A stretch of 64,000 nt of DNA from Gemmatimonadales bacterium (GCA_039794085.1 JBDIWC010000007.1:32001-96000), one strand, 5' to 3'. Shown: positions 37,006 through 46,808, numbered from the stretch's first letter. Numbers and translations are program-made. The notes: generated from the letters alone by a model not told the origin.

Positions 37006-38645
37006 CGGGGCCGTTCCTGTGCCTGTCGGCCCCGCTCCTCCAGGCCTCTCAGGAGCTCGCAGCTGTCCCCGGTTCCGTCGGTCCGCAGTTCCAGCAGGAC
37101 CGTCTCCTCCCCGAAGGTGCGCACCACTCGGAGCTCGTGGCATCGGGGTGCGAGTAACGCCGGCATTTCGAACTGGTCATGTGGCGTGAGTGCCGCCAGC
37201 AGAATGTATGTCACCCCCGCGTTACGGAGCCCCTCCAGGACCCGGTCGGGCTCCACTCCCCGGACCCACTCGATCGAGTGCTCCACCGTCCGTCCCGAGT
37301 GCCAGGCAAAGGCGGCCTCCCGGTCCGCCAGCACCACGCCAGGCGGGAGACTGTCCCGGGCGTACCGGGCGGCGGCAAAGAAGCCGAGCTGTTCGGGGGT
37401 GTGACAGGTGGGAGATTCGTATTGCCGCGCGCGATCGCATGCCACGCCTCTCGCCACCAGGTTCCATGAATCCGGGACCAGTTGCAGGGGGATCGCCACA
37501 AGGAGCACGCCGGTGGCAACCCACCCACCCCACCGGCCCACGCGTTCGCGCAGAACCAGGATTCCGGAAAACAGGGTGAGCCACACCAGGGGTTGCACCG
37601 GATAGAGCAAACGACGCCGCTGCCAGGTCCACAGGATCAACACACCGAGGTACAGGGCAAGGTACACCGGCGCGATCCTGCATCGACGCCAGAGATGCCA
37701 GCACCCCGCACCCCCGACGACCAGGGCGACCAGAACCCAGAGCAGGTTGTCGATCAAAAGGCCCTGAATGCGGAGAAACGGCAGGATCGCGGGAATGTCC
37801 TGGCCGAGGAGGCCGAAGAGACGCCTCATCGCCTTACCGGCCATGGTCAGGGTCGCATCGAGGATGCCGACGGACGACCCCGGAACTGTGGCGCTCAGAT
37901 CACCCCCGTAGGACCGGCCCAACCCCCGTTGCGGCCCGAACAGGGTCCAGGCCATCCAGGGCCCGAACCCCAGCGCTGCCACCACCACCATGCTCAACGC
38001 CGCGCGCCACCTCCGATCCAGCATCCACACCAGAATCACCGCCACCAGGAGCGCGATGCCGATGGTCCGAACATAGGCGGCGGCCAGAGCGGAAGCGCCG
38101 GCAAGGGCCATGATCCCCGGGGACCGGGATCCACTGGACACCGCCCAGATGGCCAGCATGCTGAAAAACAGGTAGGCGGCCTCCGCAAAGATCCATCCCC
38201 CCATCCAGAGCGCGGGGACACCGAACCCCACGATGAGCAGCAGGACGAAGGCCCAGGGTTCGGGCCCCAGACGCCGCCCCACGAGGAAGAGCAGCAGCAG
38301 ACTGGCGCCGGTCAGAAGCGGCGGCAGGATGAAGGCGGCCCCGATGGAGTTCCCCGTGGCCAGCCCGTAGACCGCAAGCATCGCGGGCCATCCGGGCGGA
38401 TACTGAACATGAGGAATCGGAACGTGCAGATAAATGTCCTGGTACCGGAACATCTGCAGCGCGTTGCGCAGGAAGAGATACAGGGCGTCATCGTTGCCCA
38501 CCGACACGCCGGGATTGTGCGCCAGCCACGCGATGAGGGCGTGAAGCACCACCACAAGGAACGCGGCCCGGAACCAGACCGAGGTTGCCGAGAGCCATGG
38601 GACCAGGCGTCGCCACCCGGTGGCGGCGACCATGCTATCCGCCAT
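37002..38645 (-). CDS. GT-C fold membrane glycosyltransferase (ArnT-like)
   Basis: 'NDDALY', YPPGWPAML, FAEAAY, YVRTIG, RLLYP; an alternative start is at 38690. Confidence 0.7.
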   Translation of the reverse strand: MADSMVAATGWRRLVPWLSATSVWFRAAFLVVVLHALIAWLAHNPGVSVGNDDALYLFLRNALQMFRYQDIYLHVPIPHVQYPPGWPAMLAVYGLATGNSIGAAFILPPLLTGASLLLLFLVGRRLGPEPWAFVLLLIVGFGVPALWMGGWIFAEAAYLFFSMLAIWAVSSGSRSPGIMALAGASALAAAYVRTIGIALLVAVILVWMLDRRWRAALSMVVVAALGFGPWMAWTLFGPQRGLGRSYGGDLSATVPGSSVGILDATLTMAGKAMRRLFGLLGQDIPAILPFLRIQGLLIDNLLWVLVALVVGGAGCWHLWRRCRIAPVYLALYLGVLILWTWQRRRLLYPVQPLVWLTLFSGILVLRERVGRWGGWVATGVLLVAIPLQLVPDSWNLVARGVACDRARQYESPTCHTPEQLGFFAAARYARDSLPPGVVLADREAAFAWHSGRTVEHSIEWVRGVEPDRVLEGLRNAGVTYILLAALTPHDQFEMPALLAPRCHELRVVRTFGEETVLLELRTDGTGDSCELLRGLEERGRQAQERPR

Positions 38646-39861
38646 GGCCTGCCCGGTCCCGTGTTTTGCCGCCGGATCCGTCCAGGACATCCCGGATGGC
38701 GGTGGAAAGCGTGGACACGATCGTGTCCCAGTCGTATAGCCGAGCCACCGCGCGCCGCCGTTCGACCTGTTCCGGTGTCCGGGCCGGGGAGCTCAGGGCG
38801 TCACGAATGGCGGTACTCCATTGGTCCACGGTCGTGGCCAACGTGATCACATCCGCGTGCGCACATACCGCGGGGACCGGCGTGGTGACGACCGGACGAC
38901 CAGCAGCGAGATACTCATGCAGTTTCATCGGATAGATGTTGCGGGTGTAGAGGTTGAGCAGATAGGGCATGATGGCCACATCCACATGCTGCATGTAGGC
39001 TCCCAGTTCCGCACTCGGCTTCGCACCCAGCAGATGAAAGTTGGACCGCCCTTCCAGGGCAGCGACGGCGCGCAGCAGGTCGGGGTCGCCCTTGACCCCT
39101 CCCACGAACACCCATTGCCATTCCGGGTGCCGGTCGACCAGGGCCTCGATCAGCATCCAGTCAAGCTGCTCCTTGATCCACCCCACGTACCCGATGCGCG
39201 GTCCGGGGATCGGGTGGAGATCGGGGGGTTCAGGTACCGGATGCGCGAACTGCTCGAAATCGACTCCATTCGGCGCACGGACCGGGCGACGAGCGAATCG
39301 TGCCTTCCGCTCCCATAGCACGTCGGAGTGAATCGCGACGAGGTCGGCTCGCTGGAGGATGTCCATCTCGCGCGGATCCATCCCATCGTTCGATGGGTCG
39401 AACGTGTATTCATCATCCACATGGTAGATCACCGCATCCCATTTCAGGAGGTCAGCCGCTCGGGCGAAACCGGGCCGCCAGAGGTACAGCACATAGCGAC
39501 GGCATCCCCTGCGGTGCAGGCGCCGACGGGCAAGGTACAACCGCAACCAGAGGAGAAGGTTCCCGACAAGACGAGGACGGTGAACGACTGGAAGTATCCA
39601 GCCCAGCTGGTCCACATCCAACCCGCGTGGAGGGGTCGACGCCGGGGAAGGCGCCCGGAACCCACTGCGGAGCGCCTCGCGCCAACCGGGAGCCGGTGAA
39701 AGCCACACGACGGGAGACCACCTCGCAAGTCGGCTGAGCACGTGATGCCGCGGTTGCCACATATGGCCCCATTGATCCGGCACCATCGCGACGATCCCGA
39801 CCCCGGGTCCCAGGCCCTCGTGCCCCGCCTCCTCGGCCCGTACCCCTCCGCCTGCCGCCAT
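38635..39861 (-). CDS. GT4-like glycosyltransferase (TuaH-like)
   Basis: WQPRHH, YHVDDEY, NGVD, IGYVG, PMKLHEYLAAGRPVV. Confidence 0.85.
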   Translation of the reverse strand: MAAGGGVRAEEAGHEGLGPGVGIVAMVPDQWGHMWQPRHHVLSRLARWSPVVWLSPAPGWREALRSGFRAPSPASTPPRGLDVDQLGWILPVVHRPRLVGNLLLWLRLYLARRRLHRRGCRRYVLYLWRPGFARAADLLKWDAVIYHVDDEYTFDPSNDGMDPREMDILQRADLVAIHSDVLWERKARFARRPVRAPNGVDFEQFAHPVPEPPDLHPIPGPRIGYVGWIKEQLDWMLIEALVDRHPEWQWVFVGGVKGDPDLLRAVAALEGRSNFHLLGAKPSAELGAYMQHVDVAIMPYLLNLYTRNIYPMKLHEYLAAGRPVVTTPVPAVCAHADVITLATTVDQWSTAIRDALSSPARTPEQVERRRAVARLYDWDTIVSTLSTAIRDVLDGSGGKTRDRAGHGG

Positions 39862-39943
39862 TACCACCGGACACCTCCTGCGACCAGGGAGCGGGGAATT
39901 CCACGAGGATGACCCAAGGTTCCGGTGGGAGGTATCGGACGCA

Positions 39944-39959
39944 TGGCCCTGCTCTTGCA
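39944..39959 (+). promoter_or_regulatory. Putative sigma54 promoter
   Basis: TGGCCCTGCTCTTGCA = GG-N10-GC, in the divergent intergenic region upstream of 40140. Confidence 0.55.
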
Positions 39960-40139
39960 ACCCACGTTTCACGCCCTTTCCTGGGTGGCGGATTTCCCCT
40001 TGGGGAAGATAGCGGCTGGGACCGAACCATTTTCACGACGGGTGACGTCCAGTCCAAGGCACCACCCCCGTGAAGGGGTCAAGGGACGAAGGGGTGTCTC
40101 AGAAGTCGTCTCGGATGCCACGCCTGGAGCGCAAGAGGA

Positions 40140-41306
40140 ATGCCACCGAAATCGCTTCTCATCAGCAGCACCTACTTTCCGCCCCAGGTGGGGGGAATCT
40201 CCGCTCTCATGCGAGGTGCCGCGAGCGCGCTCGGTCCCGACGCGGTGGCCTGCGTGACGGGTGTGAAGGGGGCCCCCCGGACACTCCCCGAGAGCGGGGT
40301 GCGGGTGTACCGGCGGCCCGGGATCTTTCTCGGTAACAGGGTGACCCAGTCACTCTGCGTGGGAGCGGTGCTGACCGAGCTCGTCGTCCGGGAGCGCCCC
40401 CGCCTCCTGCAGGTGGCCACGGTCTATGACGGGCTCCCGGCCCTGATGATGTCCCGGGTGACCGGGTGGCCGATCGTGGTCTGGGCCCACGGCAATGAGA
40501 TACTGAGTCTGAGGGACGAGTCGTACTCGCGCCCCGGGCAGGCCCTCCGGACCGCGGCCCGGGTCATCGCCAACAGCCGATTCACCCGCCAGCTCCTGCT
40601 CGAGGCGGGAGTACGGGAGGAGCGGATCCGGATCTTCCACCCCCGCTGTGATGCCGCCACCTTCACACCGGGTGACCCGACCGCCACCCGCGCCTCACTC
40701 GGAATTGCCGCCGAGGGGCCGGTGATTCTCTCGGTCGGAGGGCTGGTGGAGCGGAAGGGCCACGACATCGTGCTGCAGGCGCTTCCCGCCCTCCTGCGGG
40801 AATTCCCCACGCTCCAGTATCTGATCGTGGGAGACGGCCCCCACCGCCCCGCCCTGGAGCAGATGGCCCGGCAACTCGGCGTGGCCTATCAGGTCCGGTT
40901 CGAGGGCCGCGTTCCCGACGAGCAGCTTCCCGACTACTACCGCGCCTCCGACGTGGTGGCGCTGGTGAGCCGCCACCGGGACGCGGAACATGATGTGGAG
41001 GGGTTCGGCATCACCTTCCTGGAGGCCGCGGCCACCGCCCGGCCAGCCGTGGGGGGGCGATCGGGCGGGATCGAGGACGCCGTGGTGGAGGGCGAGACCG
41101 GGTTCCTGGTCGATCCGGCGTCCGTGGAGGACACGGCGGCGGCCATCGGACGGTTGCTGCGGAACCGGGATTTGGCGGCGCGGATGGGAGAGGCGGGACG
41201 GCGGCGGGTCGTGGCCGGGTTCACCTGGGAGGGAGGGGCGGCGGAGCTGCGAAGTATCCTGGATGACGCCGTAGGGGCGACCCGTGGGGCGCCCTTGTCG
41301 CGATGA
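40140..41306 (+). CDS. GT4 glycosyltransferase (PimB-like)
   Basis: FPPQVGGI, AHGNE, VGGLVERKG, EGFGITFLEA. Confidence 0.9.
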   Translation: MPPKSLLISSTYFPPQVGGISALMRGAASALGPDAVACVTGVKGAPRTLPESGVRVYRRPGIFLGNRVTQSLCVGAVLTELVVRERPRLLQVATVYDGLPALMMSRVTGWPIVVWAHGNEILSLRDESYSRPGQALRTAARVIANSRFTRQLLLEAGVREERIRIFHPRCDAATFTPGDPTATRASLGIAAEGPVILSVGGLVERKGHDIVLQALPALLREFPTLQYLIVGDGPHRPALEQMARQLGVAYQVRFEGRVPDEQLPDYYRASDVVALVSRHRDAEHDVEGFGITFLEAAATARPAVGGRSGGIEDAVVEGETGFLVDPASVEDTAAAIGRLLRNRDLAARMGEAGRRRVVAGFTWEGGAAELRSILDDAVGATRGAPLSR

Positions 41307-41378
41307 CCGTCATTGCGAGGGCCCGCAGGGCCCGTGGCAATCTCGTGAGCGGTAGGCGGTGGGCGGTAGGCGGTAGGC
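41271..41378. repeat. GTAG-type REP + partial CGTC-type repeat + (GGCGGTA) heptamers
   Basis: GTAGGGGCGACCCGTGGGGCGCCC; CCGTCATTGCGAGGGCCCGCAGGGCCCGTGGCAATC; ggtaggcggtgggcggtaggcggtagg. Confidence 0.75.
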
Positions 41379-41394
41379 CCCACACCACCCGATG

Positions 41395-41568
41395 CCGTCA
41401 TTGCGAGGGCCCGCAGGGCCCGTGGCAATCTCGTGAGCCGGTGCCTGCCCGCAACGACGCCCCGTCGGCCTTCACGCCGGAACCGCATCGGGTTGCCGGT
41501 CAGACCCGGGCGACGCATGCGTCGCCCCTACGGGATCGCCACGGCGGCTGCGCCGCCTCGCGATGACA
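41395..41568. repeat. ~174-bp composite element, copy 1 (CGTC-type ends with an internal GTAG REP)
   Basis: GTCATTGCGAG...CTCGCGATGAC terminal inverted repeat; internal GGGCGACGCATGCGTCGCCCCTAC; near-identical to 44017-44191. Confidence 0.9.
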
Positions 41569-43054
41569 TCCCGTCGGCTACGCGCCCCGCCTGCCACGCC
41601 TGGATACCGCCGACGATCCCGGCCGCCGATTGGGCGACCCCTTCCGCCGAGCGCAGCCATGCCTCCCGCGTGGGCATCACCAGGGCGGTGATCTCGACCA
41701 GGGCGGCGGGGAACCAGGTGGGCCGGAGAACGGCGAGGTTGGACTGGACCGTTCCCATGCGACTTTGCCCCGTGACCGCCGGGACCGAGTCCCTGAGGCC
41801 TCGGGCGAGGGAAAGGGCATGGGGATGCCACCAGTAGACCCGGGTGCCATCCACCGATTCGGGTGGGCGCCCGTCGCCCGGTGAGTTGGCGTGGATCGAC
41901 ACGAACAATTCCGCGCCGGCCGCCTCGGCGAGCGCCATCCGCGCCTCGAGCGACACCGGCTCCGGGGTACCGCGGGTCAGGATCGGTTGGGCACCGAGGG
42001 TGCGGAGAAGACGGGCCGTCTCGAGCGCCACCGCCAGGTTGACCGAATCCTCCGTCAGGCCGGTGGGTCCGGTGGCGCCTCCCGGGGGATGCCCCGGATC
42101 GAGGGCCACGACGAGTCCTTCGAGCCCGGTCCCGGCGGCCGCGAGGGGACGGATCTCCAGCGTGGCCCGACCCCGGCTCCAGGCGGTTCGCCATCCCAGG
42201 AGTGGAGCCGCGAGTTCCAGATCCACGACGACACGACCATCTCCCCGATCGCTCACCGACGCCTGACGGACCAGCGCCGCCGTGATTCCGGGCGCCGTGA
42301 CCTGACCGGCGCGGGCCCGGAACAGGGTCCAGCGCAGGTGATCCTCGACCAGATCCACCGAGGTCGGGAGGAGGTCGGATGCGCCGAATGCCACGACCGT
42401 GACACCCCTGGCCTGGGTCAGGGTGAGCGGGCCCAGGGTCAGCAGGGCAGCCCGGGGCGCCGACGCCGCCTCCGTTTCGGCGCGGCTCACCCACACCGCG
42501 ACCTTCCGGGCCAGGCGGACCCGTACCTCGCTCTCCGTTTCCGCGTCGGTCGGGAGCACGGTTCGTAGTGACATCGCGAGGGCCAGGTCGCCGCCCGGCG
42601 TCCAGCGCCCGAAGACCGGTCGGGCCAGCGTGGCCGGGTCCATCGTGTCACTGGGCAGGCGGCGCAGGCGGACCCAGCCGGGGGACGAGCGGACCCGCTT
42701 CGGTGGCGGGGACGCGGCGCCGTGGCGCAGGGTGACGGGAAACGAGCGGCGCAGGGTTTCGCTCCCCTTGCTCGCCTCGATCTCGAGCACCGGTGCGTCA
42801 CCGGAGGGAAGGGGGAGAAAGGCCGCGAATCCGCCGTTTGCCGCCACCGGCACGGGGTGCCCGTTCACCCGGAGCCGCGCCCTGCCGGTACCCACGGTAC
42901 CCCAGAGGGCGATCGAGTCGGTCACCGGCACCGGGTCGGAGGTGGGGTGGCGCAGCTCGACCACCAGTGGCCCATCCACCGGGGGGATGGTATACTCTGG
43001 CGGGCGGCACCCACCCAGGATCACCATGCCCAGCAGCGGACCGGCCTGAGTCAT
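41528..43054 (-). CDS. N-acetylmuramoyl-L-alanine amidase (Amidase_3), probable lipoprotein (start 43054 or 43129)
   Basis: ALDPGH, TEDSVNL, SLEARMALA, FVSIHAN, ALVE; lipobox-like ILGGC. Confidence 0.85.
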   Translation of the reverse strand: MTQAGPLLGMVILGGCRPPEYTIPPVDGPLVVELRHPTSDPVPVTDSIALWGTVGTGRARLRVNGHPVPVAANGGFAAFLPLPSGDAPVLEIEASKGSETLRRSFPVTLRHGAASPPPKRVRSSPGWVRLRRLPSDTMDPATLARPVFGRWTPGGDLALAMSLRTVLPTDAETESEVRVRLARKVAVWVSRAETEAASAPRAALLTLGPLTLTQARGVTVVAFGASDLLPTSVDLVEDHLRWTLFRARAGQVTAPGITAALVRQASVSDRGDGRVVVDLELAAPLLGWRTAWSRGRATLEIRPLAAAGTGLEGLVVALDPGHPPGGATGPTGLTEDSVNLAVALETARLLRTLGAQPILTRGTPEPVSLEARMALAEAAGAELFVSIHANSPGDGRPPESVDGTRVYWWHPHALSLARGLRDSVPAVTGQSRMGTVQSNLAVLRPTWFPAALVEITALVMPTREAWLRSAEGVAQSAAGIVGGIQAWQAGRVADGMSSRGGAAAVAIP

Positions 43055-43958
43055 GCCAGAGAGCACGGCGAGAAGAGTACGCCTGGGCGTCCTGCTGGTA
43101 CTGTCCCTGGGGCTGGGGTTGGGCCTCATGACCATCGCCGACCTTTCATTCACCTGGATTCGCCATGGCCCGCGGATCGAGGCATTGGCGCATTCGGCTC
43201 CGCCGATGACGGCCTTCATGGATCTGCGGGACCGGGAGGGCCACCCTCCACGCCTTCGCCGGTGGGTACCACTCGATTCCCTGCCGGTCCCGGTGGTCTG
43301 CGCGGTTCTCGCCGCCGAGAATGTCCGATTCTTCCAGCACGGAACCCTGGATTACGCCAATCAGAGGGCGATGCTCTCCCGGGTTCTGCACGGCGACTTT
43401 TCGCGGGGAGGGAGCGGCATCGCCCAGCAACTGGCGCGCAACCTCTATCTCCAGCCGGACCGCACGATCCACCGGAAGCTACGGGAGTACGTGCTGGCGT
43501 ACAAGATATCCCATGCCCTCACCAAGGAGAGACAGCTCGAGCTCTATCTCAACCTGGTCGAGTGGGGAGACGGCGTGTGGGGTGTGGCGGCGGGGAGCGA
43601 GCACCTCTTTCAGCGCCCCCTCGATCAGCTCACGGCGAGCGAGGTCGTCCTCCTCGCCAACGTGCCCCCGGCTCCGGCCCGGGGGCTCGCGTTCGCGACG
43701 GCGCGTGCCCGCCGAGCCAAGGCAGTCACGGTGGCGGGCATCCTCTGGCGAGAGGGGGTCCTGGATGGTGTCCAGTGGAGCGCCACCGTGGCCCGGATTC
43801 GCCGCATCGGAGACTTCGTGGATTTCGGCATGACACCAGCCGAGGCAGCCCTCGCGGTCACGGGAGAGATGGGGGAAGAAGAGGTGGTCACGGAACGGGG
43901 GACCGTTCGGGAAGCCGCGCGAGACCGATGCGATCCGGGAAATCGCGGAATCCTGTAG
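43053..43958 (+). CDS. Monofunctional peptidoglycan transglycosylase (GT51, MtgA-like)
   Basis: N-terminal TM; AENVRFFQHG, GGSGIAQQLARNL, RKLRE, KERQLELYLN. Confidence 0.85.
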   Translation: MPESTARRVRLGVLLVLSLGLGLGLMTIADLSFTWIRHGPRIEALAHSAPPMTAFMDLRDREGHPPRLRRWVPLDSLPVPVVCAVLAAENVRFFQHGTLDYANQRAMLSRVLHGDFSRGGSGIAQQLARNLYLQPDRTIHRKLREYVLAYKISHALTKERQLELYLNLVEWGDGVWGVAAGSEHLFQRPLDQLTASEVVLLANVPPAPARGLAFATARARRAKAVTVAGILWREGVLDGVQWSATVARIRRIGDFVDFGMTPAEAALAVTGEMGEEEVVTERGTVREAARDRCDPGNRGIL

Positions 43959-44016
43959 GGGCGGTCCGTGGACCGTCATTGATCGCGGGATCACCGTTGC
44001 AGGGGCGGTCCGTGGA

Positions 44017-44191
44017 CCGTCATTGCGAGGGCCCGCAGGGCCCGTGGCAATCTCGTGAACCGGTGCCGGCCCTGAATGACGCCCCGTCGGCCATCACGCC
44101 GGAACCGCATCGGGTTGCCGGTCAGACCCGGGCGACGCATGCGTCGCCCCTACGGGATCGCCACGGCGGCATGCGCCGCCTCGCGATGACA
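44017..44191. repeat. ~175-bp composite element, copy 2
   Basis: Direct repeat of 41395-41568; preceded by two (T/C)AGGGGCGGTCCGTGGACCGTC hairpins at ~43955 and ~43999. Confidence 0.9.
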
Positions 44192-44215
44192 CCCCTCCAC
44201 CCATATCTTGCAGCC

Positions 44216-45757
44216 ATGACCCCATCCGGTCCACCCGACACCCCGACCCAGAGCCCCACCCCCTCCCTCCCGTCCGCCGCGATCCCTCCGCGCAACGCCG
44301 AGCCGGACCGCGCGGTGGACCGGGCCCTGGTGCGCGGGATCGCCTGGACCGGCAGCATGAAGTGGGCAACCCAGTTCATCACCTGGGCCGGGATGATCGT
44401 GCTGGCCCGGCTCCTCACCCCCGAGGACTACGGCCTGGTGGGGATGGCCACCATCTATCTCGGCTTCATCACCATCATCACCGAATTCGGGCTCGGCGCC
44501 TCGATCATCACCATCCGCACCCTCTCCCGGCACCAGGTGGCCCAGCTCAATACCGTGGCCCTGGCCCTGGGCCTTCTCGGCGCCGCGGTCACCATCGCAT
44601 CCGCGGTTCCGCTGGGTCTCTTCTTCCGGGCGCCGGAGCTCCCCTGGGTGGCCGTTGCGCTGAGCAGCACCTTCGTCATCGCCTCCTTCAAGATCGTGCC
44701 CACGGCGCTCCTGCAGAAGGCACTCCGGTTCCGTGCCCTGGCGATCATTGACGCGGGTTATGCGGTGCTGTTCACCGCGGCCAACATCGGATTTGCCCTC
44801 CTCGGCTACCGCTACTGGGCGCTGGTGCTGGGCGGGATCGTGGCCAACATCACCGCGGCCCTGGTGCTCAATTTCTATCAGCCCCACGGATACGCCTGGC
44901 CCCGGCGGAGCGACCTGGGCCCCGCGATGCGCTTCAGCAACGACGTGCTGATCGGCCGGATCGCCTGGTACTTCTATTCCAACGCCGACTTTGCCACCGC
45001 CGGCCGGATGCTGGGCAAGGGCCTGCTCGGAGCCTACACCTTTGCGTGGACCATCGCGAGCATGCCGGTGGAAAAGGTGACGAGTCTCGTCACCCGGGTC
45101 ACCCCGGCGGTCTTTGCCCGGTTACAGGACGACCTCCCGGCCCTCCGGCGGATGACCTGTAACGTGACCGAGGGGCTCGCCCTCCTCACCCTCCCCGCCT
45201 CACTCGGCATTGCCGTGGTGGCGGACGATCTGGTGCAGGTGGCGCTGGGCCCGGGGTGGGAAGCCGCGATTGCTCCGCTCCGGCTCCTGGCCCTCTACGC
45301 CTCCCTCCGGTCGATCGTGACGATTCTGCCCCAGGCGCTGATGGCGCTGCACGACACCCGGTGGCTCCGCTGGCATGGGCTCGCCAGCACGCTGGTGCTC
45401 CCGGCAGCGTTTGTGGTCGGGGCCCGGTGGGGCGCGGTGGGAATCGCGATGGGGTGGATCACGGTCTACCCCCTCACCGTGATCCCCCTCTACTGGCGCA
45501 CCTTCCGGAAAACCGGTCTCGCCGGGCGTGAGTACTTCCGGGCCGTCTGGCCCGCGCTCCGCGGCTCGCTGGTGATGGCGGCGGCCGTGATGCTGGTGAA
45601 CCAGGGGCTGGGGGGCGTGGTGTCCCGTCCGGTGAGCCTGGCGCTGCAGGTCCTCGCCGGGATGCTGGTGTTCGGTCTGGTGGGGTTCCTCCCGGCCCGG
45701 GAGCGGATCACCGGACTGTTCCGGATTCTCCGGTCCCAACCGGTGGCGGCCGCATGA
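44216..45757 (+). CDS. Wzx/WzxC-type polysaccharide flippase
   Basis: LARLLTPEDYGLVGMA, EFGLGAS, LGAYTFAW, about 13 TMs. Confidence 0.9.
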   Translation: MTPSGPPDTPTQSPTPSLPSAAIPPRNAEPDRAVDRALVRGIAWTGSMKWATQFITWAGMIVLARLLTPEDYGLVGMATIYLGFITIITEFGLGASIITIRTLSRHQVAQLNTVALALGLLGAAVTIASAVPLGLFFRAPELPWVAVALSSTFVIASFKIVPTALLQKALRFRALAIIDAGYAVLFTAANIGFALLGYRYWALVLGGIVANITAALVLNFYQPHGYAWPRRSDLGPAMRFSNDVLIGRIAWYFYSNADFATAGRMLGKGLLGAYTFAWTIASMPVEKVTSLVTRVTPAVFARLQDDLPALRRMTCNVTEGLALLTLPASLGIAVVADDLVQVALGPGWEAAIAPLRLLALYASLRSIVTILPQALMALHDTRWLRWHGLASTLVLPAAFVVGARWGAVGIAMGWITVYPLTVIPLYWRTFRKTGLAGREYFRAVWPALRGSLVMAAAVMLVNQGLGGVVSRPVSLALQVLAGMLVFGLVGFLPARERITGLFRILRSQPVAAA

Positions 45758-46299
45758 CGCCGCGGGAGTGGCTCTCCGCCCTCCGGCACGAGCCTGACCG
45801 GTTGTTGCACCCTGCCCGGCGGCGGCGCGCGCTCAACCTCCTCCGGCGCACCCCCCGCCCCACCGCGATCGTGGTGAGCTGCCTGGGGAACATCTGCCGG
45901 AGCCCCTACGCCGAGGCGGTTCTGCGCGAACATCTCACCCGCCGCAACCTCTCCATTCCCCTCTCCTCGGCGGGGTTGATCGGCCCGGGGCGCCCCGCCG
46001 ATCCGACGGCCCGGGAACGGGCCCGGGCCCGGGGGATATCCCTCGACGACCACCAATCGCGACTGATCACGCCAGTGCCCGCGGGGGCGATGCTGCTGCT
46101 CATGGACCCGGAACACCGGCCCCGGGTGGAGCCGGTTCTGCACCGCGAGTCGGTGGTGATCGTTCTTGGAGACCTCGATCCCCACCCCATCACTACCCGA
46201 GTGATTCCCGACCCATACGGCCGGACCCCGGAGGAGTTCGACCGCGCGTTCGACCGGATCGACCGGTGCCTGGAGGTGCTGGTGGAAGGACTCGGGTAG
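45754..46299 (+). CDS. Low-molecular-weight protein-tyrosine phosphatase (Wzb-like)
   Basis: CLGNICRS P-loop; IPDPY general-acid motif. Confidence 0.9.
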   Translation: MTPREWLSALRHEPDRLLHPARRRRALNLLRRTPRPTAIVVSCLGNICRSPYAEAVLREHLTRRNLSIPLSSAGLIGPGRPADPTARERARARGISLDDHQSRLITPVPAGAMLLLMDPEHRPRVEPVLHRESVVIVLGDLDPHPITTRVIPDPYGRTPEEFDRAFDRIDRCLEVLVEGLG

Positions 46300-46384
46300 C
46301 CGTCCTACCCCGGCAGGGCATCCTCCGGAACCGGAACTACGACCCGCAGGCAAGCTGCACATGCCCCGAAGGGGCATCGTCCTC

Positions 46385-46503
46385 AATAGCCCCGGGTTGC
46401 GCCGCAGGCGCTACCCGGGGTTGGCGGCGCACCAATTCGTCACAACCCCAACGGGGTTGCGTCATCCCTCCCTCGCGAGGGCCCGCCGCCCGTGGCGATC
46501 TGT
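46385..46503. repeat. Nested REP-like hairpins
   Basis: CCCCGGGTTGCGCCGCAGGCGCTACCCGGGG; CAACCCCAACGGGGTTG; degenerate CGTC-type repeat at ~46460. Confidence 0.6.
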
Positions 46504-46527
46504 CCGGATGGAGGGGGCGGGCAGACT

Positions 46528-46545
46528 TTATGAAATATTTCACAA
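46528..46545. promoter_or_regulatory. Rex-operator-like palindrome
   Basis: TTATGAAATATTTCACAA, one mismatch to TTGTGAA-N4-TTCACAA. Confidence 0.45.
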
Positions 46546-46575
46546 TCTCATTTTCGGTACTGGAATTGTCGGAGG

Positions 46576-46808
46576 GAAGGCGCATCACGCTGTTTGAAAT
46601 CGCTATTCTCGGGGCTGGCGCCCCTTGCTCGGCTATGCGGTGGCTCACGCCACCGGGGTGCACCGACAAGGCTCCTTGCCGAACGGCCCACACTCCGGGG
46701 CGCATCCAGCGGCTCCGGGCGGTGTAAACGGCCCCACTGCCGAGCCCGGGGCGAAAGCCCCGGGTGTGAACGGCCCCAGGGCCGAGCCCGGGGCGACAGC
46801 CCCGGGGA
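46576..46808. repeat. Left block of the modular repeat family
   Basis: ATCGCTATTCTCGGGG..CCCCTTGCTCGGCTATGCGGTGGCT and two GCCGAGCCCGGGGCGA(A/C)AGCCCCGGG hairpins. Confidence 0.8.

Noticed and set aside
42722..44215. N-terminal ~500 aa of the 1011-aa ORF
   Set aside because: Off-frame read across the amidase, transglycosylase and repeats; the flippase starts at 44216.
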